Of a stretch of 30,320 nucleotides of DNA, positions 1 through 10,293 are shown one piece after another. Origin of the DNA: a virus. Lineage: Duplodnaviria > Caudoviricetes. The position numbers and the translations under genes were made by a program. The notes beneath the pieces were generated by a model. The model did no database searches. It was not told where the DNA came from and worked only from the letters and a program-made list of their open reading frames with translations. The DNA is taken from positions 1 through 30,320 of IMG/VR virus record IMGVR_UViG_3300014202_000126; one strand, 5' to 3'. Within the stretch, counting starts at the first letter, position 1. Every line of letters begins with the position of its first letter.

Positions 1-285
1 TCCTTGGCGTGGGCGTACAGAAAACAACGGCTTACAACGGACTTGGAAATTACTATCCGCATCACTGCCGATGCCGCGCCAGCAATCGGCCCGATGACAT
101 GCCAGGAGCTGGCCGGTTATTTGGGGCAGGATTTATGCCAATCGCCGGCAAACATGCGGTAGGGCGGCGTCTACGTGGATGGCGAGCTGGTGGGCGGCGT
201 TGGGCACAATGCGCTGTGGGCGGGCATGCTTGCGCGGATCAATACCCAAACAATCAAATGATCTCCGCAACATCCGCTGGCCGCG

Positions 286-534
286 TTATCGACGGGACGA
301 CTCCATCTCGGCCACCAGCGCCTCTTTGGAGATATTGCGAGCCTTAGCCACTGCGACTGCCAGCGCGTCCAACGCCGGGCTGGCGGCAATCTCCTGCTTG
401 ATGGCCGTCACTTCCGGCAGCGGTTCCGGCCGCTGAATCTCGCCCGGCATGTAGCAGCGCCACGTGTCACCATCGCGGATGATGGTCTCGGCGCCAGAGG
501 CGAGGGCCTTAGCTTCGGTGTTTACGGCAATCAT
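286..534 (-). CDS. Small hypothetical protein after the tail fibre (possible fibre chaperone or accessory protein)
   Basis: ATG at 534 overlaps the TGA of the fibre gene (ATGA coupling); 82 aa MIAVNTEAK...; position directly after the fibre. Confidence 0.6.
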   Translation of the reverse strand: MIAVNTEAKALASGAETIIRDGDTWRCYMPGEIQRPEPLPEVTAIKQEIAASPALDALAVAVAKARNISKEALVAEMESSRR

Positions 535-2072
535 TGGAGCCACTCAATCAGGTAGTCCACAAGAGTCACGTTGCTGATCCGGCTGGTAGAGCCCCCGCTC
601 CCGGCGCCGCCCGGATCGCCTACCAGAGCAGCGGTCCAGGTGTCTGCGGTGGGGACGCTGACGACGATGAACGTGCCGTTGTAGCCGGTCGGCGTGAACA
701 GCGTGTTGACGATCTTGTCGCCGACGGCGTATCCGTGTGCGGTTTTGGCGAAGGTGGCGACGCCCGCCGCCCAGGTGGCGGTGACGGCGGTCTGTGCGGT
801 TTCGGCGGCGGATTGGCCGGTGAAGGCGATCTCCCATGGTGCGGTGAAATCGACAACCGGAGAAATGTATCCATTTGCGCGACCAAAAAATATCCCAGAT
901 GGATTGGAATTTATCGCATTAACACCGCGGTGCACCCCAGTAGTACCAAGCGCGGTCATCTCGCTGTTTATTCGTGCCTCTGTGTTAAGACTGTTGAGAT
1001 CAGTCCATAGCCAATGAAAGCTTGTGCTCGATGCGCCAGCAGGGCCGGCTCGTAAAAAAAACTGTCGCGCTACAGCCCCTACCGCTGGCAACAACAATCG
1101 CGCCCAAACTTGAAACCGCGATCCTGCCCGCGCGAAGCCGCCTGGAAATGTTACTGCCTTAATCAGCGTATTGGTCAGAGACTGGATAGTCAGATTGGCG
1201 TTAGGTACATTCACCAGCACGGCACGGCCATTCAGCGGCGACCAGTACGTGCCATCGCTGCGCAACAGGGCATTGTTGAGATCAGTCACTATCCGCATCT
1301 GACCCGAAACGCCTGATGCTGCGGGGAGGGAGGCGACAGTCGAGGACGGCACCGCTATCGACTGATATGCCGCGTCACCTTCCGCTTGCGTCAGGTAGAC
1401 CGGGTGTGGGTCGGCGGCGCCTTCGTGGGTAGCTATCGCGGCCGCCACCGCTCCTGTCGGCTCCGACGCGCTAACTACATTTGTGCCGTCGCAGTACAGC
1501 AGCGCGCGGGTGCCCTGGCTGACGATGACCCCGGACCCGGCGCTGGTCTTGACGGTGACAGAGTAAGCGCCCGTGGTCGAGTTCTTGATTACCAGCAGCT
1601 TCGGCGTGGTGGTGACGATAACGTTGATACTGGCCGTAATGGCGCCGGTCAAGTCAATCGCAGGGTAGCGGCTTTCGATTTCGGTCAGCGTGACGTTGCT
1701 GCCTCCGGCTACACTCTTGGACAGCATCGGGTCGCGTGTGTCCAGGACCCAATCGGTCCCGTTGTAGGCCCAAACCGAATCCTCGTCGTTGACCCAGACG
1801 CGCGTGCCCTCAACGGGCGTCCACGCTTTCCACGATCCGCCGTAGTAATGGGCGATTTGCTTTGCCGTGAACGTCGCCCAATTCGTCCCGGTCGGGCTTG
1901 TCGGCAGGATGTAGGTATCCCCGTTGGCCGGGCTGCCGGGCTGCGCCGTGGTGGTGCGGCTCTTTACCCTGACCAGCCGGCCTTCAATCTGCCGCAGTCC
2001 GGTGTTGTGCGTTACCTCTTTCCCCGCCTGCGAAGCGGTGATTTCGTCAAGGGTCAGAATCTCGGTGCTCAT
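531..2072 (-). CDS. DUF2793-domain tail fibre / receptor-binding protein
   Basis: N-terminus (ASQAGKEVTHN...PGSPANGDTYI...W...IAHY..GSW...P.EG.RVWV.DE) is DUF2793-like. Also has the fibre motif HEGAADPHPVY and a C-terminal HGYAVGD...GYNGTF beta insert. Confidence 0.85.
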   Translation of the reverse strand: MSTEILTLDEITASQAGKEVTHNTGLRQIEGRLVRVKSRTTTAQPGSPANGDTYILPTSPTGTNWATFTAKQIAHYYGGSWKAWTPVEGTRVWVNDEDSVWAYNGTDWVLDTRDPMLSKSVAGGSNVTLTEIESRYPAIDLTGAITASINVIVTTTPKLLVIKNSTTGAYSVTVKTSAGSGVIVSQGTRALLYCDGTNVVSASEPTGAVAAAIATHEGAADPHPVYLTQAEGDAAYQSIAVPSSTVASLPAASGVSGQMRIVTDLNNALLRSDGTYWSPLNGRAVLVNVPNANLTIQSLTNTLIKAVTFPGGFARAGSRFQVWARLLLPAVGAVARQFFLRAGPAGASSTSFHWLWTDLNSLNTEARINSEMTALGTTGVHRGVNAINSNPSGIFFGRANGYISPVVDFTAPWEIAFTGQSAAETAQTAVTATWAAGVATFAKTAHGYAVGDKIVNTLFTPTGYNGTFIVVSVPTADTWTAALVGDPGGAGSGGSTSRISNVTLVDYLIEWLQ

Positions 2073-5000
2073 AGTGTTTTGGTCCCGACGTAGCCACGGC
2101 CAACGGTGGCGCTAAGCTGATAGATGTTAACGGTAATCGTTGATTGCGCGGACCCGAAGTCCGTCGTCTGCATAGCCGCCGTATAGGTGGCTGATTCGCT
2201 AGATGCCGCAATCGTGCGCTTGACCGTGCTGCCGCTCATGATGTCGACCTCATAGCTTTGCGCAGCCTCGCCGACCGGAACGTCCACATAGTCACGCCAT
2301 GCGCCGTCCACACGCGTGCGCCGTGTCCATGTGATCGCCCAGTCGTTTGTGGATGGGGAATGCCGCCGGCCACGGATATGCGTCGGCGCGTAGCATTCCA
2401 GCCCTACGGCCTGGTGCGTATACGTCACCACGTCGCCTTCGTCGCCGCCGAATGAAACCGCCTTGTAATACCGCGGCACGCCAATATCCGCAGTCGCAGG
2501 GACGTTACGCGCCAGCACGTCGGCTTCCAGCAGCACGAAGGCGTCCCCGATGGCGTGCAGGCCGACCGCCCATTCTGTCCCCAGGCGCCCACGCAGCAGG
2601 CGCGACAGGGTATAGGTGCCGTCCCCGTTCAGGGTAGCCGTGGCGAAGCTGACGATTTCCCATCGCCCCGGCACCCCGATGGCCGCCGTGTTCGCGCCGG
2701 CAAGGGTGGCAAGGTCGGTGGTGCTGGTCAGCGTGTCTTTGATCAGGCGCACGCCAACGGTGGAGCCGTCATCCCATATCGTAGTCGGCCCGCTGGGCAG
2801 AAGCGTCGAGGCCGATCCGATAACGGACTCGGTGGTGATCGCGTCAACTTCATCGAACGCCACGCCATCCGCGCTTTTCAGGATCGCGGCGCCCGTCCAT
2901 CCCGACCCGGTGCCGGTTGCGGCGATGTACAGGCCGGCGTCGTTGTCGGCATCTTGCAGGATCGGAATATCCAGCAAGTGCATGATTGTCGTGCCGGGGA
3001 CCTTAATCACTTGCGGCCCGGCCGGGTTATCGGCCGCCACGGCTTCGCTGATATACGAGGCCGCGTAATCCGCTTCGGCCTCGCACTGAATCACGCTTCC
3101 GAGCAGCACTGTCTTGACCAGGCGCACGCGCTTGTTCACGCCGTTGACAGGCAGCAGGATCGGGTCGCCCGGCTCCAGCCGCATATACTTGATCGGGAGC
3201 GCGAACTGATACCGGGTCTGCGCCTCCCATGCCGAGTAATGCAGCTTCTCGACCGCCTGTTTCGCTTCAGTCCCCGACCACGAAATCGGCATGTCAATCG
3301 TGTCGATTTTCTTGCTGGCCGGTATCTGCCGGCGGGAGCGTTGCGATCCGGTCTGAAAGTCCCGCGCAGGATCGGCGTACCGCAAGTTCAGTTCAATCGG
3401 AAGTTCGTTATCCTGCGTGATCGTGGTAACAAGCCGGTCTTCCTGCGCGCCCGGATTCGCCGCGCCAAGATCGTCATAGTCAATCGTCGCCACCGTCGCA
3501 CCGCCGCGCTTGCGGAAGACGATCTTTCCATCGGATTCTGTGGCGTCGAAAAAGAACCCGGCGGCCAGCGGCTCAAGCGCCGCGCGTGCCGTCATTTGCG
3601 CGTTGCGGATGTAACCGCGGACTTGCGTACTGGCCAAGTCGGCTACGTTGATAAGCGAGCTATCAAGGCCAGCCGACGCGCACACGTCTGATACGATGCT
3701 AGATAGCGAGACTGCATCAGACGACAGACCGGATATAGACCAATACCGCAGATACCCGCCGTTGCCTAATGACGGTATGACATTAGGGTAATGGATTACA
3801 CAGACGCCGTCGTGTACTGCAAACGCTGCTTTCGTAGATGATTCGTATGTATGTTCTGAACCGGTAGTTGACGGCAGCGGCCCTATATCGCGCATTAGTG
3901 AGCCATTTATTTCATACAGCCCAACGGCGACATTATTCGAATTATACATCGCATATACCAGGCCATCTTGTGGGCTGTATATATTTATGTTCGAATTAGT
4001 CGCGGTGACATTAACGCTCCTTTCGCTTATCAACACAAGCGTTTCAAGGTCGAATGTGCTTAATGTAAAATTCGGCTTAGCGCCGTGGATAATATAAAGT
4101 TCCGCCTGACCGACAAAGATGTCCTTTACCTGGCCGGCTACTAATGAACTGGTGGTCGCATACACCAAAGCCTTGGCAGGAGTTCCTACCGATAGCGCCC
4201 CTTGTGGAACGGCACGGTATAGCGTGAATGTATCGCCACGATGGAACCACGCCTCGCCATTTCGATAGAAGACCTTGGATGATGCTCCTGCATGCAGTTG
4301 GTATAAAACATCGAACCCGAGCGGGTCTGTCTCGTCTACGAAAGTGCCGATCAATACTAATTGTCCCGCCACATACTCATATAACGATATTTTGTACACG
4401 CTGCCCGATTGGCGGCCAACAAACACCGCCGGGACATCGCAATCCCCTATGAGCAGGTGATAGTCTTGAGAGGACGCCACCCTTCCACCGATGGATATTG
4501 CCCCGCTAGGATATACCATCATTGGCTCAAGCACTTCGACGAATGTTGACGTACTACCCGTCGCCCATACCAGCAGCGAATTATCGGGACGCAAATATTG
4601 CGTAGTGCGCATGCGGCGCGCCAGACCGAGAAGCGGAACTGTTACGGTGCCGAGAAATTGCGGGGCGGTTGATCCGTTCGCAATGACCTCGGCCGTGATG
4701 TTAGGGATACGATTGCCGTAGTCTTTCAGCGCAAAGTTATCGAATACGATGTACGCCTCGCCGCGATAGGCCGGCGTATTGCCGACGCCTAGATCGGCCT
4801 CGATCAGCGGGTCCGGCAGTTGCGTTTCGCTGCCTGGATAGATGCGCATGGTGCCGTTGGTGTCGGCGATGTTGATCGTCTTGCCGAACGAGGATTGGAA
4901 ACGTGCGGTTGCGTCAGGCAAATAACCGCCGCCGGCAACGATGGCTTCCTCGGCGGCTGTCAATGCCGACACGTCATAGAACAGCTTGCCATCGGCCCAC

Positions 5001-5377
5001 AGCTTGACGACGCCGGTAATAGGGCCTTCACACAGGCCGACCGCAAAGTCGACGGTGTAAGTGTAAGTCGTTGTGGTCGCGCCGCCACCGCCTTTGCCGC
5101 CGGACTTCTTCTTCTTTTTGTGCTCGGTGATCGGCTTGCCCCAGAACACGTTGCCGGCCGTGCGCATGGTGCCGTATATTTTGTAGACCGGCTGCCCTTC
5201 GGCACTGGACTGGATGCTGAGGTCTTGGAGGCGCGGCCCTTCCTGGTTTATCTTCGGGCCGAATAACGCGCTGCCCGCGGCGCTGCCTATAGACCACCCA
5301 AGCATCGCGCCTTGCGGGCCGCCAACAGCAAATCCGACAGCGGCGCCGGCAACGGCTAGGCCAAGATCGGCGCTCAT
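2069..5377 (-). CDS. Tail tip / host-specificity protein (GTA-like, phage-tail_3 type)
   Basis: EGPRLQDL...YGTMR..GNVFW, FAVGLCEGPI, PAYRG.AY.VF..F.L..YGNRIPN motifs; C-terminal WEIVSF..A......YTLSRLLRGRLGTE. Confidence 0.9.
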   Translation of the reverse strand: MSADLGLAVAGAAVGFAVGGPQGAMLGWSIGSAAGSALFGPKINQEGPRLQDLSIQSSAEGQPVYKIYGTMRTAGNVFWGKPITEHKKKKKSGGKGGGGATTTTYTYTVDFAVGLCEGPITGVVKLWADGKLFYDVSALTAAEEAIVAGGGYLPDATARFQSSFGKTINIADTNGTMRIYPGSETQLPDPLIEADLGVGNTPAYRGEAYIVFDNFALKDYGNRIPNITAEVIANGSTAPQFLGTVTVPLLGLARRMRTTQYLRPDNSLLVWATGSTSTFVEVLEPMMVYPSGAISIGGRVASSQDYHLLIGDCDVPAVFVGRQSGSVYKISLYEYVAGQLVLIGTFVDETDPLGFDVLYQLHAGASSKVFYRNGEAWFHRGDTFTLYRAVPQGALSVGTPAKALVYATTSSLVAGQVKDIFVGQAELYIIHGAKPNFTLSTFDLETLVLISERSVNVTATNSNINIYSPQDGLVYAMYNSNNVAVGLYEINGSLMRDIGPLPSTTGSEHTYESSTKAAFAVHDGVCVIHYPNVIPSLGNGGYLRYWSISGLSSDAVSLSSIVSDVCASAGLDSSLINVADLASTQVRGYIRNAQMTARAALEPLAAGFFFDATESDGKIVFRKRGGATVATIDYDDLGAANPGAQEDRLVTTITQDNELPIELNLRYADPARDFQTGSQRSRRQIPASKKIDTIDMPISWSGTEAKQAVEKLHYSAWEAQTRYQFALPIKYMRLEPGDPILLPVNGVNKRVRLVKTVLLGSVIQCEAEADYAASYISEAVAADNPAGPQVIKVPGTTIMHLLDIPILQDADNDAGLYIAATGTGSGWTGAAILKSADGVAFDEVDAITTESVIGSASTLLPSGPTTIWDDGSTVGVRLIKDTLTSTTDLATLAGANTAAIGVPGRWEIVSFATATLNGDGTYTLSRLLRGRLGTEWAVGLHAIGDAFVLLEADVLARNVPATADIGVPRYYKAVSFGGDEGDVVTYTHQAVGLECYAPTHIRGRRHSPSTNDWAITWTRRTRVDGAWRDYVDVPVGEAAQSYEVDIMSGSTVKRTIAASSESATYTAAMQTTDFGSAQSTITVNIYQLSATVGRGYVGTKTL

Positions 5378-5793
5378 TCAGTCACCCAAGGGAAGCGGTA
5401 GGCGGCGACGATATGCGCACGCCATAGGCCGGTAAGGCCGGTTTCGACCACCTTGGACAAGGTGCCGGCGCCGCGATTGTAGGAATGCAGAATGCCCCTG
5501 TCGGTGGCGACGGCGACGTGCTGCGGCAGGCGCTTTATCCTGAACACCAGAACGTCGGCCGGCTGGAATGCGTCTTTCGGGATTCGCGTCAGACAGGCGT
5601 CGGCGTGGAATGTCAGCGCGCCGTCCGGTTCGTAGTCATACCCAGCCACGTCGTACACGATGCCGTTCTGTTTCAGTATGTGAACCACCACGCCGGCACA
5701 GTCAATGCCGACGCCCGGCGTGCGCCCCTGGTGCCGCCACGGTGTGCCCAGCAGGCCACGCGCAGCCTGCAATATCTCAGCGCGCGTCATCAT
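5374..5793 (-). CDS. NlpC/P60 family tail-associated peptidase
   Basis: ARGLLGTPWRHQGR..GVGIDCAG and a downstream HVAV; ATG at 5793 overlaps the upstream stop. Confidence 0.9.
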   Translation of the reverse strand: MMTRAEILQAARGLLGTPWRHQGRTPGVGIDCAGVVVHILKQNGIVYDVAGYDYEPDGALTFHADACLTRIPKDAFQPADVLVFRIKRLPQHVAVATDRGILHSYNRGAGTLSKVVETGLTGLWRAHIVAAYRFPWVTE

Positions 5794-6638
5794 GTGGCGT
5801 CCGGGTAGTTGGTCAGGTAGTCGGTTCCGGGGATCGTATCGAATCCGCGGAAGTTTATGGCGTTGTCGTAGATGGCGACGCAATCAAGCAGGCGCCGTTT
5901 CTGGCATCCCGCACGGATCGCGTAGGTATCACCGGCCGTGATAGCCTTTGGCATGGCTTGCCACAGTTCGATGTTTCCGGCGCCGTCCGCCTTCTTGACC
6001 TCTATGCTCACGCCGTTGTTGTCGCCGGAAGTCCACGTCAGCTTGCCGGCCGTCCACTTTGTTTCGGTTCGCGCGGCGTCGTAGAACTCGCTGTCACTGG
6101 TGACGGTGCCGACCGTGCCGGTCTCGTTATGTTCGACCGCCTCTATGTCTATGCCGCAGCGGGCATCGCCAAGATCAGCATCACAGTCCCGGCCATACAC
6201 GCGGCCGATGGTTTGCTGCAAGCGATCGGCAAGGCCGCGTAGTTCGGCGACGTACAAGCCGTCTTTGACGGTGATCTGCCCGATCCAGCCACGGCGCAGC
6301 GTAACGGGCGTGGTCGCCAGATTCTCGTAATCGCATATGCTGACCAACACTTCGGCGCCCTGGTACTTGTTGCCGCGTAGATCATCCTCGCTGACCGCAC
6401 TGGCCGCGATAAGGCCGTCAAGCTCCAGATTATCGACCGACAGGTCGGCGGTTGACTGGATCGCGGTGCGCGTGTAGCCGGTCGCCGCCTGATAGGTCAC
6501 GGCGGAAACCACAAGATCTGCATCGTGGTCGGTGAAGCCAATCACGGTTGCGTCAAGGCGCGTTACCTTCCACAGCGTCGCAATAGTGACCGACCCGCTG
6601 TCAAGCAGCGTTTGCAGGCCCGCCGGGATCGTTTTCAT
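5790..6638 (-). CDS. DUF2163 / BR0599-like baseplate hub protein
   Basis: GFTDHD.DL, DLSVDNLE, CDADLGDARC, AGC.K....C...YDN.INFRGF..IPG motifs. Confidence 0.9.
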   Translation of the reverse strand: MKTIPAGLQTLLDSGSVTIATLWKVTRLDATVIGFTDHDADLVVSAVTYQAATGYTRTAIQSTADLSVDNLELDGLIAASAVSEDDLRGNKYQGAEVLVSICDYENLATTPVTLRRGWIGQITVKDGLYVAELRGLADRLQQTIGRVYGRDCDADLGDARCGIDIEAVEHNETGTVGTVTSDSEFYDAARTETKWTAGKLTWTSGDNNGVSIEVKKADGAGNIELWQAMPKAITAGDTYAIRAGCQKRRLLDCVAIYDNAINFRGFDTIPGTDYLTNYPDAT

Positions 6639-7492
6639 TAAACGCGAACCTCTACTAACGGTAGGTCAACGGCGCCGATCAGCCAATCGTCTATGGATAT
6701 GTCCATCACGTCGGTATCGAAGCGGACCGGCACGTCGAATTCATAGCCTGCTTTCACTTCCTCGCCGGTCTGCGGGATGGTATTTATTGTTCCGCCGGAC
6801 GTGTAGGCGCTGTAAGCGGTGGAGTTGACGTTGACCGTTACCTGAGTCGACGAATCAACCGCCGTGACTGTCACGCGCTGGCCGTTGATCTGCGTCATTC
6901 CGGACACGCCGGCAACGTGGAAGGTGCGGCCGATTGATAGGCCATGCGATGCCGTAAAGGTGATCTTTGCCTGCGCGGCCTGCGTAATTGCGTTGATGGT
7001 TTTGGTGATGTCGGCCGAGAACGTCACGATCCCGGTGACCGTCGAAACGGTCCAACCCGTTTCGGGCACGTCCTGGATTGATACAAGCGTGGTGCCGGCG
7101 ACCGGCTTTGTGATGGCGCGCGAGTAGCTTTCTGCGCCGTAGCTGTAGGTTTTGTATAGCTGGAATGCGACGATAACGCCGTCGCCTGTGCCAAGCGTTT
7201 GATCGGTTGCCGCGGGCGTGGCGGCGATTGAGCAGCTTTTGTAATCATCCCAATCCTTGAAGCGGAACCCGTATCCCTTACCGCGGACGATATGGAAGAA
7301 CGCGCGGACAACCTCAAGCTGCGCCTGCGTCCGCGGCCCATAGGCGGCGCTGTACCGGTGCCGGGCTTTCGACCATTCAAGTATGGCGGTTTCGTAGCCG
7401 GATTTCGTTTCCGATATGTCGGTGCTGTAGCCGGGACCGCCGCGCGAACCATACGCAAGATCAGTCGGGAAGCGTATCTCTTTGATGACCAT
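6638..7492 (-). CDS. DUF2460 distal tail protein with an inserted beta domain
   Basis: RFP...YGSRGGPGYST, FF...RG...GFRFKDW.DY, AGYEFDVPVRFDTD motifs. Confidence 0.9.
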   Translation of the reverse strand: MVIKEIRFPTDLAYGSRGGPGYSTDISETKSGYETAILEWSKARHRYSAAYGPRTQAQLEVVRAFFHIVRGKGYGFRFKDWDDYKSCSIAATPAATDQTLGTGDGVIVAFQLYKTYSYGAESYSRAITKPVAGTTLVSIQDVPETGWTVSTVTGIVTFSADITKTINAITQAAQAKITFTASHGLSIGRTFHVAGVSGMTQINGQRVTVTAVDSSTQVTVNVNSTAYSAYTSGGTINTIPQTGEEVKAGYEFDVPVRFDTDVMDISIDDWLIGAVDLPLVEVRV

Positions 7493-10293
7493 TATCGGTT
7501 CCTGGCCAGTGCGGCATTGACCGCGGCGCCGGTACGGGCGGCGACGTTGGCGGATGCCTCGCGGATGCCTCGCGCGTCCTGAATGCCGGATATGTTGACG
7601 TTCACGACTACGGAATTGTTGGGCGCCGAAGCCTGCACGCCGAGCTTGCCGTTCGACAGGCGCTTGAGCGGCATGATCGCCTCCGGTCCGGCCTCTCCCA
7701 TAAGACCGGCGCCGTTCGCCATCGGGAACACGCGCGGCGATGAAACGATGCCGCCCTTTGCGAAGGGGATGACGTTACCGCCGCTGAAGGCGTTCCCGTT
7801 GGCGGACTTAAGCAGCATGGATGGGTTGAACGCGGCCGTGTCGAACGCAAAGGAAGAGGCGCTAACGGATGCCGCAGCACCGCCGCCGCCGAACGCGCCG
7901 GCAACGATAGGTGCAATCTTCCCAAGCCATCCGCCGACTTTGCTTGTGCTCTTGCCAAACCCTTTCCCGAACATGGCGTCGCCAAGCTGCGCGGCCAGGG
8001 CGTTCGCCACCATCCGGTCGAGCATTTGCTTGAACTGACTGCCCAGGCTGTCGAACTCGCCCTGCATGAAATTGAAGAACGTGTCGGCCATGGCCGTCTG
8101 CATATTCTCGGCAGCAGTCTCGACGAACTTCGACAGCTCGCTCTGGTTCCCCTCGATCAGCCTCTTGAGTTCTTCGGCCTCCTTGCCTTGCAGCTTGCCG
8201 ATGATTTCGAGATACCGAGCCTCGTCAATCAGTCCGCGTTCAAGGGATTGCTCGACGATCAGTTCCTTACGCGCATACGTTGTGCGCAGCGCCTCTTCCT
8301 GCGTCCAAAGTTCTTCGATAACGCCCTGAATGGATTCCTTCAGCGCCTCATAGCCGCGCTTCTGCGCCTCGATCGCTTCGATGTCGGCCTGTCTCGCCTC
8401 AATAGCCCTTGCGATAGCGCCGGCCTCCTGCACCCGCGCCTCGCTGACGCCTAGAAGCCGCTGCTGGTACTCGGCCAGCGCCGGGCCTGAAAGGCCGATA
8501 ACCGCCAGCTCGTCTTGCAAGGACTGGATCAGGTCGCGTGACGCCGTGTCAGCCGCAAGCGCTTCGGCAAACGCCTGCTGTGCCGGCGTGGCGCCCAGCA
8601 CGGCCAACTTGTAACGGACCATCGCCGCCTCGGTCTTGCCGACCGCTACGGCTTCCTCTTGCAGTCCAGATAGCACGTCTGCGATGGCCTGTGCGCGCTG
8701 TTCGGCGGCCTTGACGCCCTTGTTCGCCTCCTTGTCGGTCTCGGCATACGCCTTTCTGATGCGGGCTTCGTCTTCGGCGGTGAAGGCGTCGCCCAGCAGC
8801 TTGCGGGCCTCGGCGAGTTTCAGCGCCAGTTGTTCCTGCTTCGTGGCGTAATCGGACATGAACTTCAGCCGCGCTTCTTGGCGGGTCAGCGCTGACGCCC
8901 TGTCGCCCAATTCTTCTTCTTCGCGTATCTTGCCCGTCAGTTCTGCTATCTGCTTGAGCACGTCACGCCGCGCAAAGAACCGATCGGTCTCGTTCAGGTT
9001 CTTGAACTGCCCGGCGCCCGCATTGATGTCCACAATCTCTTGCGATAGCACCTTGAGCTGCTCGAACACGGCTATGTTCTTCTCGGCTTTGTCGGTGGCA
9101 AACCCTGCTTCCCGCAACTCGATGACTGCCTTGTGTTTCGCTATTTGCTTGTCAAGGCCGGCGATGATTGAGTCGGTCGCCTCCTTCGTCGTTTGCTTGG
9201 CGATTTCGTTCGCCGCCTTGGCGCTGGAACCCCAGACAGACCACGCGGTCGCCGCCAGGCCAAGAACGGTGATGACGGCGCCAATCGGGCCTCCCAGCAG
9301 CGCGATTGCGCCCGAAGCCACCCCAGCCGCTCCGCCCATGGCCATTATGGCGGCAGTCGCCCTTGCGATGCTTACGGCAGCGGCTGCCGCCCATTGCGCC
9401 AACTTGGAAGCGGTCACCGTGAGTAATATTCCCGCCAGCAGCTTGAGGTTATCCGCCAGCAGGCCGATAGCGCCCGTCAGCAGGCTCACGGCGCCGCTTT
9501 CCTTGGCCTGTACGCCGACGAACTGCGTAACGGCGTTCCTGAGTTCTGTGAATGCCCCCGATATTGTGCGAACCTGAGCCGCTTGTTCGCGGAGCGCTCT
9601 CAGCACCTCCGGGTTCTTGTAGGCCCGCGCCATCATAGCCGCTGTTATTTCGCCTTGCGCAGAAAGCTCTTTCATGGCCCCGACTTGCACGCCGATACTT
9701 TCGGCGAGGATTTTAATCAACGGCGGCGCGGCTTCATTGACTGCCATGAATTCTTGCCCGGCAAGCCGTCCTGACCCGAAAGCCTGTGACAATTGCAGCA
9801 TGGCAGAAGCCGTTTCTACGGCGGTCGCGCCGCCGGCCTTGAGCGCCAACGAGATTGTTTCCGTTATGTCGGCCACGTCCTGCTGCGACGAGCCAAGCTC
9901 GCGCGTCGAATTGGCGATGCGCGCGTAGAGCACGCCGACTCCCGATATATCGGCCTGCGCAGCCTTGGCGATCTTGTTGACCGATTCCATGCTGCGCGCG
10001 AATTCCTGCTGACTGGTCGATACCAGCTTGAGCTGCGCCGTGAACTTGGTATAGGCGTCAATCATCGCGATGAGTTGCTGCGCGCCGAAGCCGATTCCGA
10101 TAATCGACGCGACCTGCCGCATGGCCGTGCCAAGGCCGGCAGTTGATGCCGTCAGCGCCTTCGTTTTGCGCGTGGCATCATCCGCGGACGCGCCCATCCG
10201 CTTGCCGGCGGCGGCAAGTTGGTCAAGCGATACGGCGCCATCTTTGACTTGGCGCGCGTCAACCGCCAGGCGAACGCCGACTTCATCAACCAT
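7492..10293 (-). CDS. Tail tape measure protein
   Basis: 933 aa, Ala-rich and helical; QLSQAFGSGRLAGQEF tape-measure motif; C-terminal FAKGG...GLMGEAGPEAIMPL. Confidence 0.95.
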   Translation of the reverse strand: MVDEVGVRLAVDARQVKDGAVSLDQLAAAGKRMGASADDATRKTKALTASTAGLGTAMRQVASIIGIGFGAQQLIAMIDAYTKFTAQLKLVSTSQQEFARSMESVNKIAKAAQADISGVGVLYARIANSTRELGSSQQDVADITETISLALKAGGATAVETASAMLQLSQAFGSGRLAGQEFMAVNEAAPPLIKILAESIGVQVGAMKELSAQGEITAAMMARAYKNPEVLRALREQAAQVRTISGAFTELRNAVTQFVGVQAKESGAVSLLTGAIGLLADNLKLLAGILLTVTASKLAQWAAAAAVSIARATAAIMAMGGAAGVASGAIALLGGPIGAVITVLGLAATAWSVWGSSAKAANEIAKQTTKEATDSIIAGLDKQIAKHKAVIELREAGFATDKAEKNIAVFEQLKVLSQEIVDINAGAGQFKNLNETDRFFARRDVLKQIAELTGKIREEEELGDRASALTRQEARLKFMSDYATKQEQLALKLAEARKLLGDAFTAEDEARIRKAYAETDKEANKGVKAAEQRAQAIADVLSGLQEEAVAVGKTEAAMVRYKLAVLGATPAQQAFAEALAADTASRDLIQSLQDELAVIGLSGPALAEYQQRLLGVSEARVQEAGAIARAIEARQADIEAIEAQKRGYEALKESIQGVIEELWTQEEALRTTYARKELIVEQSLERGLIDEARYLEIIGKLQGKEAEELKRLIEGNQSELSKFVETAAENMQTAMADTFFNFMQGEFDSLGSQFKQMLDRMVANALAAQLGDAMFGKGFGKSTSKVGGWLGKIAPIVAGAFGGGGAAASVSASSFAFDTAAFNPSMLLKSANGNAFSGGNVIPFAKGGIVSSPRVFPMANGAGLMGEAGPEAIMPLKRLSNGKLGVQASAPNNSVVVNVNISGIQDARGIREASANVAARTGAAVNAALARNR

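Noticed and set aside
1-261. Plus-strand frame 1 that reads protein-like across a TAG at 160-162 (possible stop read-through or recoding)
   Set aside because: Single instance at the window edge. TAG serves as a normal stop elsewhere (27273, 25915) and no conserved gene is broken by TAG.
531-1300. Diversity-generating retroelement or invertible fibre cassette
   Set aside because: No reverse transcriptase, template repeat, invertase or crossover repeats seen in the window.
5794-5883. N-terminal extensions given by the ORF track (NlpC/P60; also 16325-16633, 26782-27216, 25054-25359, 24175-24378)
   Set aside because: They overlap upstream genes or promoters; internal starts with an RBS or stop-start coupling fit better.
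2069-7492. Gene transfer agent cluster
   Set aside because: The tail-tip genes are GTA-like, but the P22-type coat, DUF4055 portal, long tape measure, Q and lysis cassette indicate a genuine phage.
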